The notes under the pieces are model-generated. The model saw nothing but the letters and a program-made list of their open reading frames with translations, did not search any database and was not told where the DNA came from. A program made the translations under genes and the position numbers. Positions 37,601-50,700 of a stretch of 64,000 bases of DNA are shown here, piece after piece. Source of the stretch: Paramecium tetraurelia (lineage: Eukaryota). Where the stretch lies: assembly GCA_000165425.1 (NCBI GenBank), contig CT868196.1:1-64000 (forward strand). Direction: 5' to 3'. Every line of letters begins with the position of its first letter. The stretch's first letter is position 1.

Positions 37601-39610
37601 AAGTTTAGCTAACAATAATTAGTAATTGTTTTTTGCTGATTTTAATAACATTGATTAGCCAGAATAAGTCTTTGCTATGTCCAATAAAAATGATGATGCT
37701 TTAGTGCGTAGAAAAATTAAAAAAACTACAATTTATAGTGAAGCATATTTGGAAAATGCTTAAGTCAATAAGAAATACCAGTTAATTTAATCTATTTTAG
37801 CAGTAAAATCCCCAAGGTATTTATAAAAGTTCTTTTTTCTTGTAGTGTTATGGCATTCGATATTTGTATTTTTCATTTTTCTATTCAATATTTCCATGAT
37901 ATCTGATGTTATAAATCTTAAATTTCTAATGGAAATGCTAACATTTCATGCTGCAATCATGGCTCCTCATGATTTATTTTTTTCAATGAGAGTAACCATT
38001 ACTGGCTATCAATAAATGTAGAGAGAGGGGTTCATACCATAAGATAGATTGCAAGACTTAATCGAGCCTTATTATCAATATATTGATCTTGGATTCGAAG
38101 AATTGAAAGACAACTTTTATGAATAATTAAACAACGATTATTTACGAGACTTCCTTAATGATTAAACTATTACTATGTATTTTATGGAGGAAAATGAGAC
38201 CTAAATATACCCTAGGAATATATCCTTTAGAGATGCTCTATTGGTCATATTATAATATCAATATTCTCAGATGATGACATTTTATTATAGAGAAAGCACC
38301 TCTGGCAAACCATTTCAGGTTTCTTTGTTTGCTAATTATTTTCACTTGCATTAATAATGTTAAAATATCACAAACACCTTATTTAATTATTCTAAAGAGA
38401 ATAAGGATTAAATTGATACGAAATGGAAAGTTATATCATTTCTTGGATTTGTTATTGTGCTCTTACTTTACATAATAATTTAATGTTATTAGGTCTATTA
38501 TTTCATCCAAATCGACATGTTGTTTTTATTACTAAATACTATGAGTTATGAAATGATAGAATCTGAAATCGATAAATTCACAAACTATAAGAACCAATAT
38601 AAATTGGATAGGCATTGTCTATAACAATATGATCCTATCGATCGATCATTTTCCTATTTATCAAAACCCCTCAAATTTAAAGGGTAAAGATACCTTAAAT
38701 TACATATAGGATCTTTGAACAACTAAAAATTACTAAACTATTTAATTTTAGTATGTTTGTTTATTGTTATTACTTTCTATTTTATTCTAATATTCATATC
38801 TTCTCACCTTTACTTAAGCAAATACAATGATACATTAAACTTATTTGGGTAAATACAAGACTTTAAATTACGAACTGGTAACTTATACTTATATAGGGAA
38901 ATATTTTTTCGATGGAACAACTTTACATTTTTGACCAATCAAGATAAAAATGAACTCTATACACTTATTGATTAAGCATAATAGTCTATCTAGGATTATA
39001 TAGAATTATCAGACATGGTGAATTTCAATTAATTTTTGATAGACGATGAATTCATTTCATTGTTTCATGACATAAGCAAGGAGAATCTGTGTTAATTTAT
39101 AGATGAAGTAATTTTATAAATAAACCTTTTAGAGATTTCAGGACTTGACCTCTAGATATTGCTACTTAGCATTTGATGGAACCTTAAGATAAGGTATGAT
39201 TTCCACGTTAAATTATATATCAAATTCCTTTAAAACACAATAATCCATCAACAATTTTACCAAACGTGTGGAAATCAATTATTACGAATAAGAAGGGTCT
39301 CAAATAGTGACAAGAGTATTCTTTACCCTTTCAAAACAGTTTAGTTAAAGTGCAGACTCTTAGGCTGATTTCACAAATACGGTCATCAAAGTATAATCTA
39401 CTTGAAATATCTTAGTTTTTATCGATCTGCTATTTTTGTTACATTGCTCTGATTTTAGCATTCCTATATGGTTTTTATAGACCATATTTGGCTTGGCTGT
39501 TTAAATCTTTAAAGGGTATTGTGCATTTGATACCATTTGAAGCATTAATATTTAGTGAGACTCTAGAGATTTAATTGAAAGAATTGATTTATAGATTGCA
39601 ATTACTTTGA
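34639..39610 (+). CDS. Giant multi-pass membrane protein with PAS-like domain (paralogue 1); apparent frameshift near 35430
   Basis: N-terminal TM bundle, HRSNCKDVKCCYC motif, PAS-like FNDLLPKYLVQHHCNLVKRFFETGEAKY (about 36760-36845), C-terminal TMs and IVHLIPFEAL. Confidence 0.75.
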
Positions 39611-39650
39611 ATACAAATATCTATATTAATAAATTTAACAATTTAATTTA

Positions 39651-42161
39651 TCATAACGCTTTCACTTCGGCGCCACTAAATTGAGTTTTTAATTTTCTAT
39701 AAGCATCTTCTAAGAATACAACCAAATCTTCTTTTGAGCAATCAGCATATCTGATGCCGTGTTAGATTGGTTCAAATTTCATTCTTATATTTGGTATCTT
39801 TTTAAGTAGAAAGGCTGCGTCGTGAAACTTAAATAACTTTATGCATATACTTTTCCAAATTTTAACAATTATTCTAAAAGTTCATCGTACCTTTATAATC
39901 TGAAGTACATATCTGCTCCCAACTAGAAAGCTGGTTCGTAATGTTATAGATTTCTTTAATCAATAATTTCTTTGCTGCTGATTTCAGTCAATAATTTTGC
40001 AAAGTCCGGAGTATCAGTTAGAACTTGATATTGAATTAGAAAATGCAACTGAGTGTATCTATTAGTTTTAATTAATAATTTAATTAACAGATTTTAGATT
40101 TCGTTGATTGGAATCCTGTAATCTTTTAGCTTCTCCTAGAATTGTCGAATAAACTCAATCAGAATTTCAATTAAGAACTATTTCTTCATGTTTCCATCCT
40201 CGAATAAGCATTTAAAAAAATGGTTTGCTAAGTCTGATGGATATAGAACAGTGTATTCATTTTATAGTTTTTCTACTTAAACATTTCCTATTTTTTCTTA
40301 AAAGGATCTTAAATAAATATCTAAAATGTGCTTGTAGATTTAGGAAAAGAGCTGAATTGGCTCATTAGTCAATGCCAATTAAATTAAGAATTCAAAGATT
40401 GCATTTTTACAATTGTTTCTTCTTAATAATACACAAAATGCTTCTGACTAATTATTAAAGATCTTTGGTAAGTGTTATAAAATTAACTTAAATTAGTAAA
40501 TCTATTTATCTTTGTAATTAATTATTAAATCATCCTGCTAATAATTACAACTCTATTCATCTAAATATTAATATAAATATTACAAATATTGCTTTATTCT
40601 TCCTTTAATTAAGCAAGATTTTGTGAGAGTTGATGAAATTTCATTTTCACTTAGAATGTTTGATAATACTCTTCAGACTGTCTGATTTCTTGGATTAAAG
40701 CTTAGACATCATAAATAAACTAAGAACTACTATACTATTGAATTTCCTCATTTTATTAGATATGTTAATTTTGAATTAAATTTTATCCTTGATCTTATTG
40801 TTCTTATTGTTCCATTTAATCCTAATTTTATTTCTATTTCGATTCATCTTCCTCTCCCTCTTTTCCATCTCCTTTTTGATCAAGTTCCTATTATTCCTCC
40901 TTCAACACAGATGATTAATTCTAAGCCTAATCGTTTTGAGCATCATCTAAACATTTGTTTGAATTTTTCTTAGCTGACTCTGACTCTGTTTATGGATTCT
41001 CTTTAATCACCTATTATTATTGAATGTTCTGCTTCTTTTCTACTTCTTGATATTTATTAGTCTAAGTTTCTTATTATTATAAGATGCATTAGGGTTTTTC
41101 TAGGGGATCTTCAGGATTTTTTTTGATTTGGACATCGAAGACAATGGACACTTTTTCGTTAAAAGAAGATAAGACTATGAGATTATCAATAACTGAAAGG
41201 TGAACCTAAGATCTAATAAAAATTAATTACAGCACTGTCAGGATAAAATTTAAGTAGATGTTTTTTCTTAGGTATTTTCTCATATTGTAGTTAATAGAAT
41301 AACAAGTGACCAGTAGTTGAATTCGAATAGGCCAAGAGTGACTTCCCGTATATGTATATTAAATAGACTCTATAACTTGAGTCGGATTGTTATTCGTCTT
41401 AACTTAAATCCTTGTTTTTCTTGTCGGTGGGAGCACTAAATAGTTAGGTGTCTGTTTTTTTGGATTTAAATAGAGAAGCAAAGGCTGAAGTACCTTCTTT
41501 TGGTTCGAAATCTTCTAAATAAAAATCCTGTCCTTTGAATTTGAAATCTTTTCGCTTTTCCTTGAAGTAGTAGGTAGATATCAAACCATTATGATGAGTA
41601 CTACAGGTTGCCAGCACCTCATTCCTTGGTTCATACCAACACCAACTGATCTTTTGTTAAAGAAACTTGACTCTCCTCACTTAATCATCTATTTTAAGGA
41701 GATGTATTCCATGATTTTCGACCACCAATATATCGAATAGTCCCATACAACCTTTGGCCCATTCAAATTATATAATTTATGAATTCTTCTCTGTTTGAAC
41801 TATGTAATTGAAGTGCCTATTTGCTTTTGTCGAAAACAAGTACTAAGCATTTCTTGAGAACAAATTACCAATTGGTTTTCAGAAGTTTAATATGCAACAT
41901 ATAACAAATCCTATTGGACATTCATGCTGTAGATCATTCCAATATGTGGGATCTTAATTCGCACCACTGTTTGTAGTTGATTTTTGGAGATTATAAATAT
42001 TTGAGTTAATTCTCTGAAAATGAAAATTTAATTTCCGCGATCATAGAATACCTAAGGCATTATTGGAGATGAAATCTTACTTGTGATTCTGGTCTGAGAG
42101 CATTCCAAAATTCATTCAAAAAGCCTATTTCAATGTATTGTATGAATTTGGCTAAAGACAT
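39651..42161 (-). CDS. RMC1: Regulator of MON1-CCZ1 (RMC1/Mic1/C18orf8-like)
   Basis: Beta-propeller-like N-terminus; Mic1-like C-terminus LHFLIQYQVLTDTPDFAKLL...YEPAFQLGADMYFRLQRYDELLEQLL; several introns. Confidence 0.75.
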
Positions 42162-42260
42162 TAAAATTATATATATTTATTTAGGAACAGTAAATTATAA
42201 TAGTTTATTGATTATTATTATTTGTATCGTCCCGTAATTAGAGAAATTATTTAATCATAA

Positions 42261-43394
42261 ATGGGGTAATGTTCATGTCAAGAATAAATTCCTATCACAA
42301 GTGAGATTCCTCCCCTAAACTTGTATCAGAAGCCATTGATGATTACAGAAGAATAGATTAATGCAAGCTAGGCGACCCACCCTTTGGAAGCAGACAAGGC
42401 ATTTTCACAAGCCAAAACAAAATAAATGGAAGATTTGGAAGAGCTAGAATTGCATAGGCCTAATAAGGCAGAAGCTTGGGAAACAACCAAAATTTTTGAA
42501 ACGATATCAGAAAAAGTTAGAGTAAAAGGTTAACCTTAATATCATAGGAATTATAGAACGAATTACCACCTTTGGATCTCGAAGAAAGAGAAGGTTACTT
42601 TTATGGAGTTTATGAGCTAAAAAATGGATCCTTGTATCAAGGCACTTGGATTGAAGGCTTAAGAGAAGGAAAAGGTAACAACAACTAATACTTTTAGGCG
42701 CATAGATAATGAAGAACGGAGCATTCTATGAAGGCTATTTCGTTAAAGGAAGATCTAATGGTAAAGGTAGAATGATATATCCAGACGGAGATTATTATGT
42801 GGGTGAATGGTTAGACGATTAACGTAATAATATCTGTAATTTTAGTTCACGGATATGGAGAGTACTATCATTCAGATGGAACAAAATACAAAGGAAATTG
42901 GGTAAAGGATAAACAACATGGGTATGGTGAGGAATATTTCAAAGATTCTTCAATATTTAAAGGATAATTTCAAAATGGTAAAAAATTTGGTGAAGGAAAT
43001 TTTTAATTTCCAGATGGATCATTATATGAAGGCCATTTTCACAATAACTATTTTTCAGGAAAGGGGTAAATTTTAATCTATTTTTTCTAGTAAATACACC
43101 TGGCCGAATACTAAATAATATATCGGTCTGTGGGAAGCCAGTAAAATGAATGGAAAAGGTGTAATGATTTGGTAAGATGGAACTCGATATGAAGGATCAT
43201 ATTTGGATGATAAAAAACATGGATTCGGAATTATCACATGGCGTACTTTTATGTTCAATTATTAAGCTGATTCTCGATGCTATTCAGGCTAGTGGTTAAA
43301 CGGAAAAATGCATGGAATAGGGGAATATACTAGTTCGACAGGGCAACAAAGGAAGGGAGAATGGTGTAACGGCAAGAGGCTTAAATGGATTTGA
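42261..43394 (+). CDS. MORN-repeat protein with predicted N-terminal acylation motif
   Basis: MGQCSC start; repeats YQGTWIEGLREGKG, YEGYFVKGRSNGKG, YKGNWVKDKQHGYG, YEGSYLDDKKHGFG; several introns. Confidence 0.9.
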
Positions 43395-43511
43395 TTATAT
43401 AATTTAACTAAATATCTGAAACACATTAACTGATTTCATTTGTTTGATTGACTAAAATTAAACTCAATTCTAAAATAAATCTCCATATATTACAAATACA
43501 TAATTATATTA

Positions 43512-44278
43512 TCAAATGTTAGTTCTTTATTTCTATAACTTTTAAAATTTTGATGGAAAATCTGTTACATGAATAGTGTTTGATCTTTATTTAAGCTGAA
43601 GAGATGGTTTTTTTTAATATATATTACAAATCATTTACATTCTGTCATTATTTTGAGTTTATGATATTCTAAATCTAAAGCATTAATAAATTTATACTTT
43701 TATGATTCTAAAGATCTTTTTTTGGAGTTTTTGAATGGAATTTCATTAATTAATGATTTCTATTGGGAGATTAAAGTTATAAGTCTCTCCTGACTAGCAT
43801 CTGTTTGCACTCTCTCATTTTTATTTGCTCTCAATTGTTATTTTAGGCTAATATTTTCTTTTTAAATTGACTTATATTTAATATATGTACTATAATTTAA
43901 GAATTTAAACTGTCCATCTATTTTTAACTTTCTTCAGAATTCTCTAATAAACTTTCAGCGTAGAGTTTTAATTGCTATTCAATCTAAATATGTCTTCTGG
44001 CTTCAGCTTCTTTTGAAATTAATTGTTATTCTAAATTTTAATATTAATTTAATAATTCCTCATGTTCAATTGTCAATTAATCCATATAATGACATATGAC
44101 TTTGAAACAAACAGAGGCCTCTTCGACTTTATAAAATTAGCTGTTGATTTCTTTCTTGTCATCTTGAGGATTGATTTTCTAATAATAGTTAATTATCTTG
44201 ATTTAAATTATAGTATACATTTTCAACAAGTTCAAAAGTAAGTTAGCATTCATCTGAATTTCTAATTGTTTACGACAT
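43512..44278 (-). CDS. Hypothetical coiled-coil protein
   Basis: MSQTIRNSDECQLTFELVEN|IINYYQKINPQDDKKEINSQFYKVEEASVCFKVICHYMDQL...; tiny introns. Confidence 0.6.
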
Positions 44279-44393
44279 CAAAATTTAATTATTATAATAT
44301 TTAATTAATAAATTTTGCAAGACAAACATCTTGTTAAGAGTTAAAAAAATGCAAAATACAAAAACTAATTGTGTAAGTATCTATAATCACAAC

Positions 44394-45134
44394 TCATTGA
44401 TTGTGAGTAACATCTTTGATGATTTCCATTCTATTGATTTTATTGCCAACACACAAACTCTGATTTCTTCTGTGATTCACGTGCTTCGATGTAAAATTAT
44501 TGAAACTAATACAATTCAACCCATCTATAGTATTCAAAGGTCTATCGCATATAATCAATTAAGGAATTCCCTATTTATAAACATTCTTATCGAAGAACAA
44601 TTTGAACTTCTGCATCGTTGGATATTCAATCATAGGACTTGTGATCTTGGTAGTTCTGAGAGGTGTCTTTGATGTTTTTTGCCTCACCTCTATCATCCTT
44701 GGAATTGTCTTAATTCTCTAAGTTTATTGAGAGAAGGATTTTCTTGCTTTTTCTTAACTAATACTTGTCTAAACACTCTGATCTGTTGTTAACTTCTGTG
44801 GTTTCTCACAAGTTTAATTCTCATCATCCCAACCCACTATCTCTTATTGAGTAAAATTGATTTTACTATTATGTTGCTTTACTTTCATAATCAAAATTGT
44901 TACACAAATCAATTCTTTATTAATTATCGAACAAAGTTTGATAGGAACTCAGCGCTTCTAAATTTTATTAAGCTATATTTTCCACTCTCTTCCTAATGGG
45001 TGATTGATTAAGTGTTGACTTCCCAACTTTGTTTATCTGAAATATTTTCAATTCTTTACAATTTTTCTGGCTGCTCTTTACTAGTGGATACGATGAAATT
45101 AGTTCTCCTTATTACCAATAACTGACTTTATCAT
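44394..45134 (-). CDS. Hypothetical protein
   Basis: MIKSVIGNKENQFHRIHQQRAARKI...; introns of 23 and 22 nt restore a frame ending IIKDVTHNQ*. Confidence 0.65.
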
Positions 45135-45479
45135 TTGCAAGCAAAATATTAAATAATATATTTATAAATCACTTAGTCGTTAATATTTAAAGTATATTCT
45201 AATATAAAATAACGAGGATTTCTATTAAAAAATCTTTTAACTACACATTTAATCAACATTTGCATTATTAATTCTTCAATTCAGTTTTGAGGATATTGTT
45301 AATTTTTTCATTTATAAATATATTCAAGAAGAATTTCTTAAATAATCAAAAGTAGTCTTAATATCAACCTTCAGTATAACAATTATAAATAGACTAGACC
45401 CTAATAATTTATTTAATAATAATACTATTTAATATTATTAAAATTGATATAAATATTATGCTTTTTTACTATCTTGATT

Positions 45480-46415
45480 ATGGAAAATAGATAGAGTGTT
45501 TTAGATAACAAACTAAATTCTAAAACTAATTAATTTTGTAAGGGGTATATTAAAATTTAGAATAATACTTATCTTAAATTTAGAAATAATACTGTGAATA
45601 TATTTATTTGTGTATATCTTTATATATAGATGTCTGGTTAAATGATAATTCAAGAGATACTAATATAATAGAAAATTAGTAAAAGAAAAATAGAAATTAA
45701 ATAATGATATTGAGGATATTGATAGACATTAATTAAGATAATATTTATTAATAATCAAATAATGAATGGAATTATGAAGGCGAAATTAGATACATTAATT
45801 ATTCAAAATAAGTTGATTATAAGGTATTTTTACAATAATAAAAATTACTAAAGTGTTTATTAAGAATTTGATTATATTATAAATTAATTTTAATAAAATT
45901 CAATTAATGAATCATAGATTTTTTATGGAGTGACTGAACAAGAATTAAATCTATTTTAATAAAGCTCATTCTATCATAATTTAATATCTATCTTTCTTCT
46001 ATAATAAAATACATTTAGATTAGAGTGTTGCAGTTAAGCAACTAGCTTATAAATCATGAATTAATAATAGTAATAACTAATCAATTGAAATTCTTTAGAA
46101 ATTTGATAATATCTTTTCTTAATCAGAAGATATCATAAAGAAAAATAATATAGGTTATATAAAACCATCAGGATTGAGAGTTTAATTTCAAGAAAAAATG
46201 GATATGTTTGATTTAAATTAGTAAGCATATCTAATAACCTTTGAATGGTTAAATACTCGTTGTATATCTATATAACAAAACCAATAAGATAAAATAAAAT
46301 AAGATTGAAATTTTTAACGATAATCTAATAGTTTTATATAAGAAAATTAATATCTTCTTATAAGTATTTATTAGAACTAGATAATCAAAAATAAATTATA
46401 AAATAATATTTGATG
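45480..46415 (+). pseudogene. Probable decayed coiled-coil gene
   Basis: Gln/Lys/Asn-rich coding-like frame with in-frame TGAs (IFME*LNKNQ; AYKS*INNSNN). Confidence 0.3.
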
Positions 46416-46421
46416 ATAATA

Positions 46422-47271
46422 TCATAAGTTCATTTCTAACATTTCTCTCTTAAGCTTTTCAATGACTTTTTCGACTAATTAGACTAAGGTTTCTTCAGTT
46501 TTCTCTCTTTCAGTTCTAGTTTTTTTGAGTTATTCTTAGATTCTTCCAGAGATTTCTCTCAAACTTTCTACGATTTCTTCCTCTTTAGCTTCTCTCTCTT
46601 TCTTTTCTCTATATTATTTAAATATAATTAGTACCTTTCAAATAATTCTCTTAAGTCATTTAATTATTCTACAAATTAGTGATATATTTTTTCTTCAACG
46701 TCTTTTCTTTCTGTTATCTCATTTTATAATTCATCGGCTATTTTTGGTAGATCTTCATTCAAATAAGAATCAATATATTCATGAGATGTGGATTGAGCCT
46801 AAATATAATATAATGATATACCAATCCTTCTTTTACAACTTCTTATTGTAAGCTTTCTATTTATTATCCTATAGTATAGACTATCTTTTTTTCTTGTTCC
46901 ACTCTGTCTTTGGAATTCTATTCGATCAATCTTCTAGCATGTCTTTCAAGATCTGTTATCAATTTAAAGGTTTCACTTTCTTATCTTTCACGACTAAAAT
47001 AGTTAATAACATCTATACTCTTCTTGCTCTTATTCCAAAAATTCTGTTAATTGTCTTACTTTCTGGGCAATATAAGCAAACTTCTCCTCCTTTTAGTCAG
47101 ATTGATGTTATAATTGAGCTTCAAATGCCATGATTAATTGACTTATAGCATGGAATCGATTATTTTTTCTATGAAATATAAAAAAACTAAATACTCGTCC
47201 TGAACACTTGTTGAGATGTTATTAAGCTTTTCGAAAATTGATGAAACCCTGTTCTAGATATTTTCTGACAT
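46422..47271 (-). CDS. SF-assemblin / kinetodesmal (striated rootlet) fibre protein
   Basis: MSENIQNRVSSIFEKLNNISTSVQD...LQNEITERKDVEEKI...EKKEREAKEEEIVESL...EREKTEETLVQLVEKVIEKL; segmented coiled coil with ER-E motifs. Confidence 0.8.
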
Positions 47272-47793
47272 GTATTTGCTTAAAATTATTAATAATTTTT
47301 ATTTCTGTGTATTTCATATAAATATCAAATAAAATATCATTTTATTTAGAGTGTTTGTCTAAATTAAATATATTTTATGGCAATATACATCCTTATTCTA
47401 ATTTTCAAATTACCAAATAAAAAAGAGAAGATTTCTCTTCACTATTCTTAATGAAAATTAATGCTAAGCATCATAATCGATATTTTAATAAAATTATTTA
47501 ATTATTGTTGAAAATGAAAATTAATTAAAAAGAAAAGATTAAAATTGCAATTAGGAAGTTTCATTAAATTAGTGAAGTCCAACAATTATATAAAACCCAT
47601 TCCCTATATTTATTTTCAATTTCTAAACTAAAATCGTTGCACACTTCTTTGAAAATAAAGAATTGGTTCTACATGAATACGATACCATTTTTTTTCAACA
47701 GGATGGCAACTTAGCTTCAATTGAGTATTAATATGCTATAAATTAATAATCGAACCCAAATTATTAAAATTCAAATTTCTAATTTAGAGAATA

Positions 47794-50700
47794 ATGAAAA
47801 AATAAAAAGAACAAAATTTCCTAAGAAAATACATTCAAACAAACCTAAGATTACTAATAGTTATACATTAAAAGTAGTATATTATGTATTAGACTCTAAA
47901 ATATGTTTTTTTTATTTTAGGATAATTGCAGAGTGCCTTTTTCTACATATATCCCTGTTATATTGCTTCCAACAAACTATATAATTAATTTCTATTAATA
48001 TACTTCATAAGACCTGATTTAATTTGGATTGATAATTAGATGATTGGCATTGAAGATAAATAATTGTTTCTACTACCCTTAATTTGTTGGCTATTTTTCG
48101 ACATTTTAGTTTTGTAGGGATAAGTTATATATTAAATAATGAATAAGAAACACTATGAAAATCAAAGCAGTTAAATTACAATTTCGGGGTCTTTTTAAAA
48201 TATGGTCATAAACTTTACATCAATATATTCTCAAATATTTATAATTTACCTTTATATTCCAGCTCAAGTCCTATCATTTACATCATTTGGAGTTTCTGAA
48301 GGAATCATAAACATAGATGTCTCAATTTTAAGTATAATCACTGTAATTATTACAATAATCAATTAAATGATAAAACTCTATGTAAGTAACACTTGTTTAG
48401 ACTTAACAATTAAAGGATACGAAAGGTTATACTTTACCAAGTTTGATTTTTTGAGAGAAATATTTATACTAATATAATTAATTCTGTTTGGAATCATAAC
48501 TGATTTTGAGAAGGCTCAAATTATATAGGGAATTTTAACATTGCTTGTTAGCGTAACTTACATTCTCAATGTGATTGTCGATAAATCCATCATTATTGAA
48601 GTCTTTACTTAGATTGTTTTAGTTGCTCACATAAGTATTTTTGCAATAGTTGCTACTTCTCTACTTTATTATTGGCAATTAGGATTAATTTTAATTCCAC
48701 TTGGTATTTCTGTTAGTTGGGCGTATCGTTTTCGAGTTATAAGTGATTTATATCAAAGTATACGAGTCGAAAAAAATGTCTAAAAAATAATACATTATAT
48801 ATCCTATTAAATTAATAATAAACAAAGGAGTTTGGAAAAGATAGATTAAGTTTCACAAGCTATTTTATTATTTCAACATCGTCAGAAATGCAGTGATTAA
48901 AATTGCCATTGTAATTTTACTGAGAATTATACTGAGGATCCGAAGAATGTTCTATTTTTATCATAAAAGTTACAGAAGAAATTTATTATCTAAAAAATTA
49001 AACATTGGAACAAGGAATTAAACTAAAAGAGAGATGTTTCCTCTTATAATACTTGTGTATTTTATGTTAGTGCATTAAATCATTTCGGATTCACCACCTT
49101 AGCTTTTTAAGAATGCAATCGTTTATTATCATTATCTATACACCAAAATAGGGGATTTTTGAGTCATAGTGATATTAATTCCATTTCTTAAAGCCATTAA
49201 TAGAGCATTCCGTCATAATCTTCTGAATCTTAGAATAAAGCTAATCAAGCCAAATTGTAAGAGATTAATGCTAAATCTATTGAAAAACAATAAAAAATTA
49301 AATTAAATATTAGGAGCAACATCTTGGATTTACTTTCTCAAATAAAATTGAAAATTATAAGTAAGGATATTAAATTAGAATTACAGAATAATTTCTTAAA
49401 ACAACAAACAAAATAACAAGAGGAAATTGCTGAAGCCATAGAATTGTATTTGTAAAGTGAATAGCAAAATTAGATTGTCAAACATAAAATCCTAAAATGT
49501 TTGTAATAAAAATTCCAATTTTATAATATGATTCTCAATAAAAAGGGATTGCGATCTCAATAATTGTTTGATAATGCAAAAATAATATCGAATTCATTTT
49601 ATAAATTAGAGAAAGAACTATTATTCTAATATTCACAATTCCCTAGTCAGAAGATTCAATCAATTAATTGCTTCTTTCAATCAGAAATCCTTAATAATTA
49701 TTTATCAGCATTTAAACTATCAAATTTCAGTACAATTGCTGATGATAAACTAATTAACATGAAAAAGAATTTGAAAATTAATTTGTTTGGTAAAAATGTA
49801 GTTCATATGATCTTGTATTTATCAGATAACTTACAAACATTAAAGATATCCACGTTTAGTAATAATACTCATTAGTTTTTATTATAAAGTTATGAAGATT
49901 TTACAAAATTAAATAAGAATATTGATTTACTATTACCTCAAGCAATAAGAAATGAACATTATATGTTAGTGTAAAGATTTATAAATGATGGCAAATGCAA
50001 ATACTTTAGAAATATTGATATAAGTTTTCTTGAATTATAAAATGGATTCTTAAAGCCATTTAATTTAATTATTGATATAGTATTGAATTAAACAGAAAAT
50101 TTATCATTTGCTGCATTTTTTGAGGAAGTTTCTCTTGGGAATAGTTTCATCATGGTTGATGTTAATGGAGTATGTGGTGGTATAACAGCGAATCTATTGG
50201 AAAGATCAGGCTGGAAGGCTTCAGAAATTAAGGAAAACTAAAAATTCATTACTACTTAATATTAAGTGAATATCAATTGTATAATACCTGATTTTGAGGA
50301 ATTAAAAATTTCCTCAAAAGACAATAAATTTTATAATGTGTAAATTAAATTACTTAATAAAAAACTATTGACTGGATAGGAATCTCGTACGAATTTATCA
50401 TATCATGAAATGTGGAAACACCTTGAGAATATAACAATATATAGAGGGACCATAATTATTTCAAGTAAAGAACTATTTGGATATTATTATCATATAATTG
50501 AAATAGAAGACTTAAGGTAGAATTAGACATTATCCCATGTATCTAATTCAGAAGGAAAAGGATTGACAACCTAATTTGATAATACTAATGAAATTGAAGT
50601 CAGTGATCTAGAAGTATCGTAACCAGAAGCAGAAATAAATAAACCATAGTCCTTAAATATTTTTTAACAATCCTTTTCTGAAATTAAATAGGACTTTGAT

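Noticed and set aside
44331..44672. 113-aa plus-strand ORF
   Set aside because: Antisense to the spliced gene at 44394-45134
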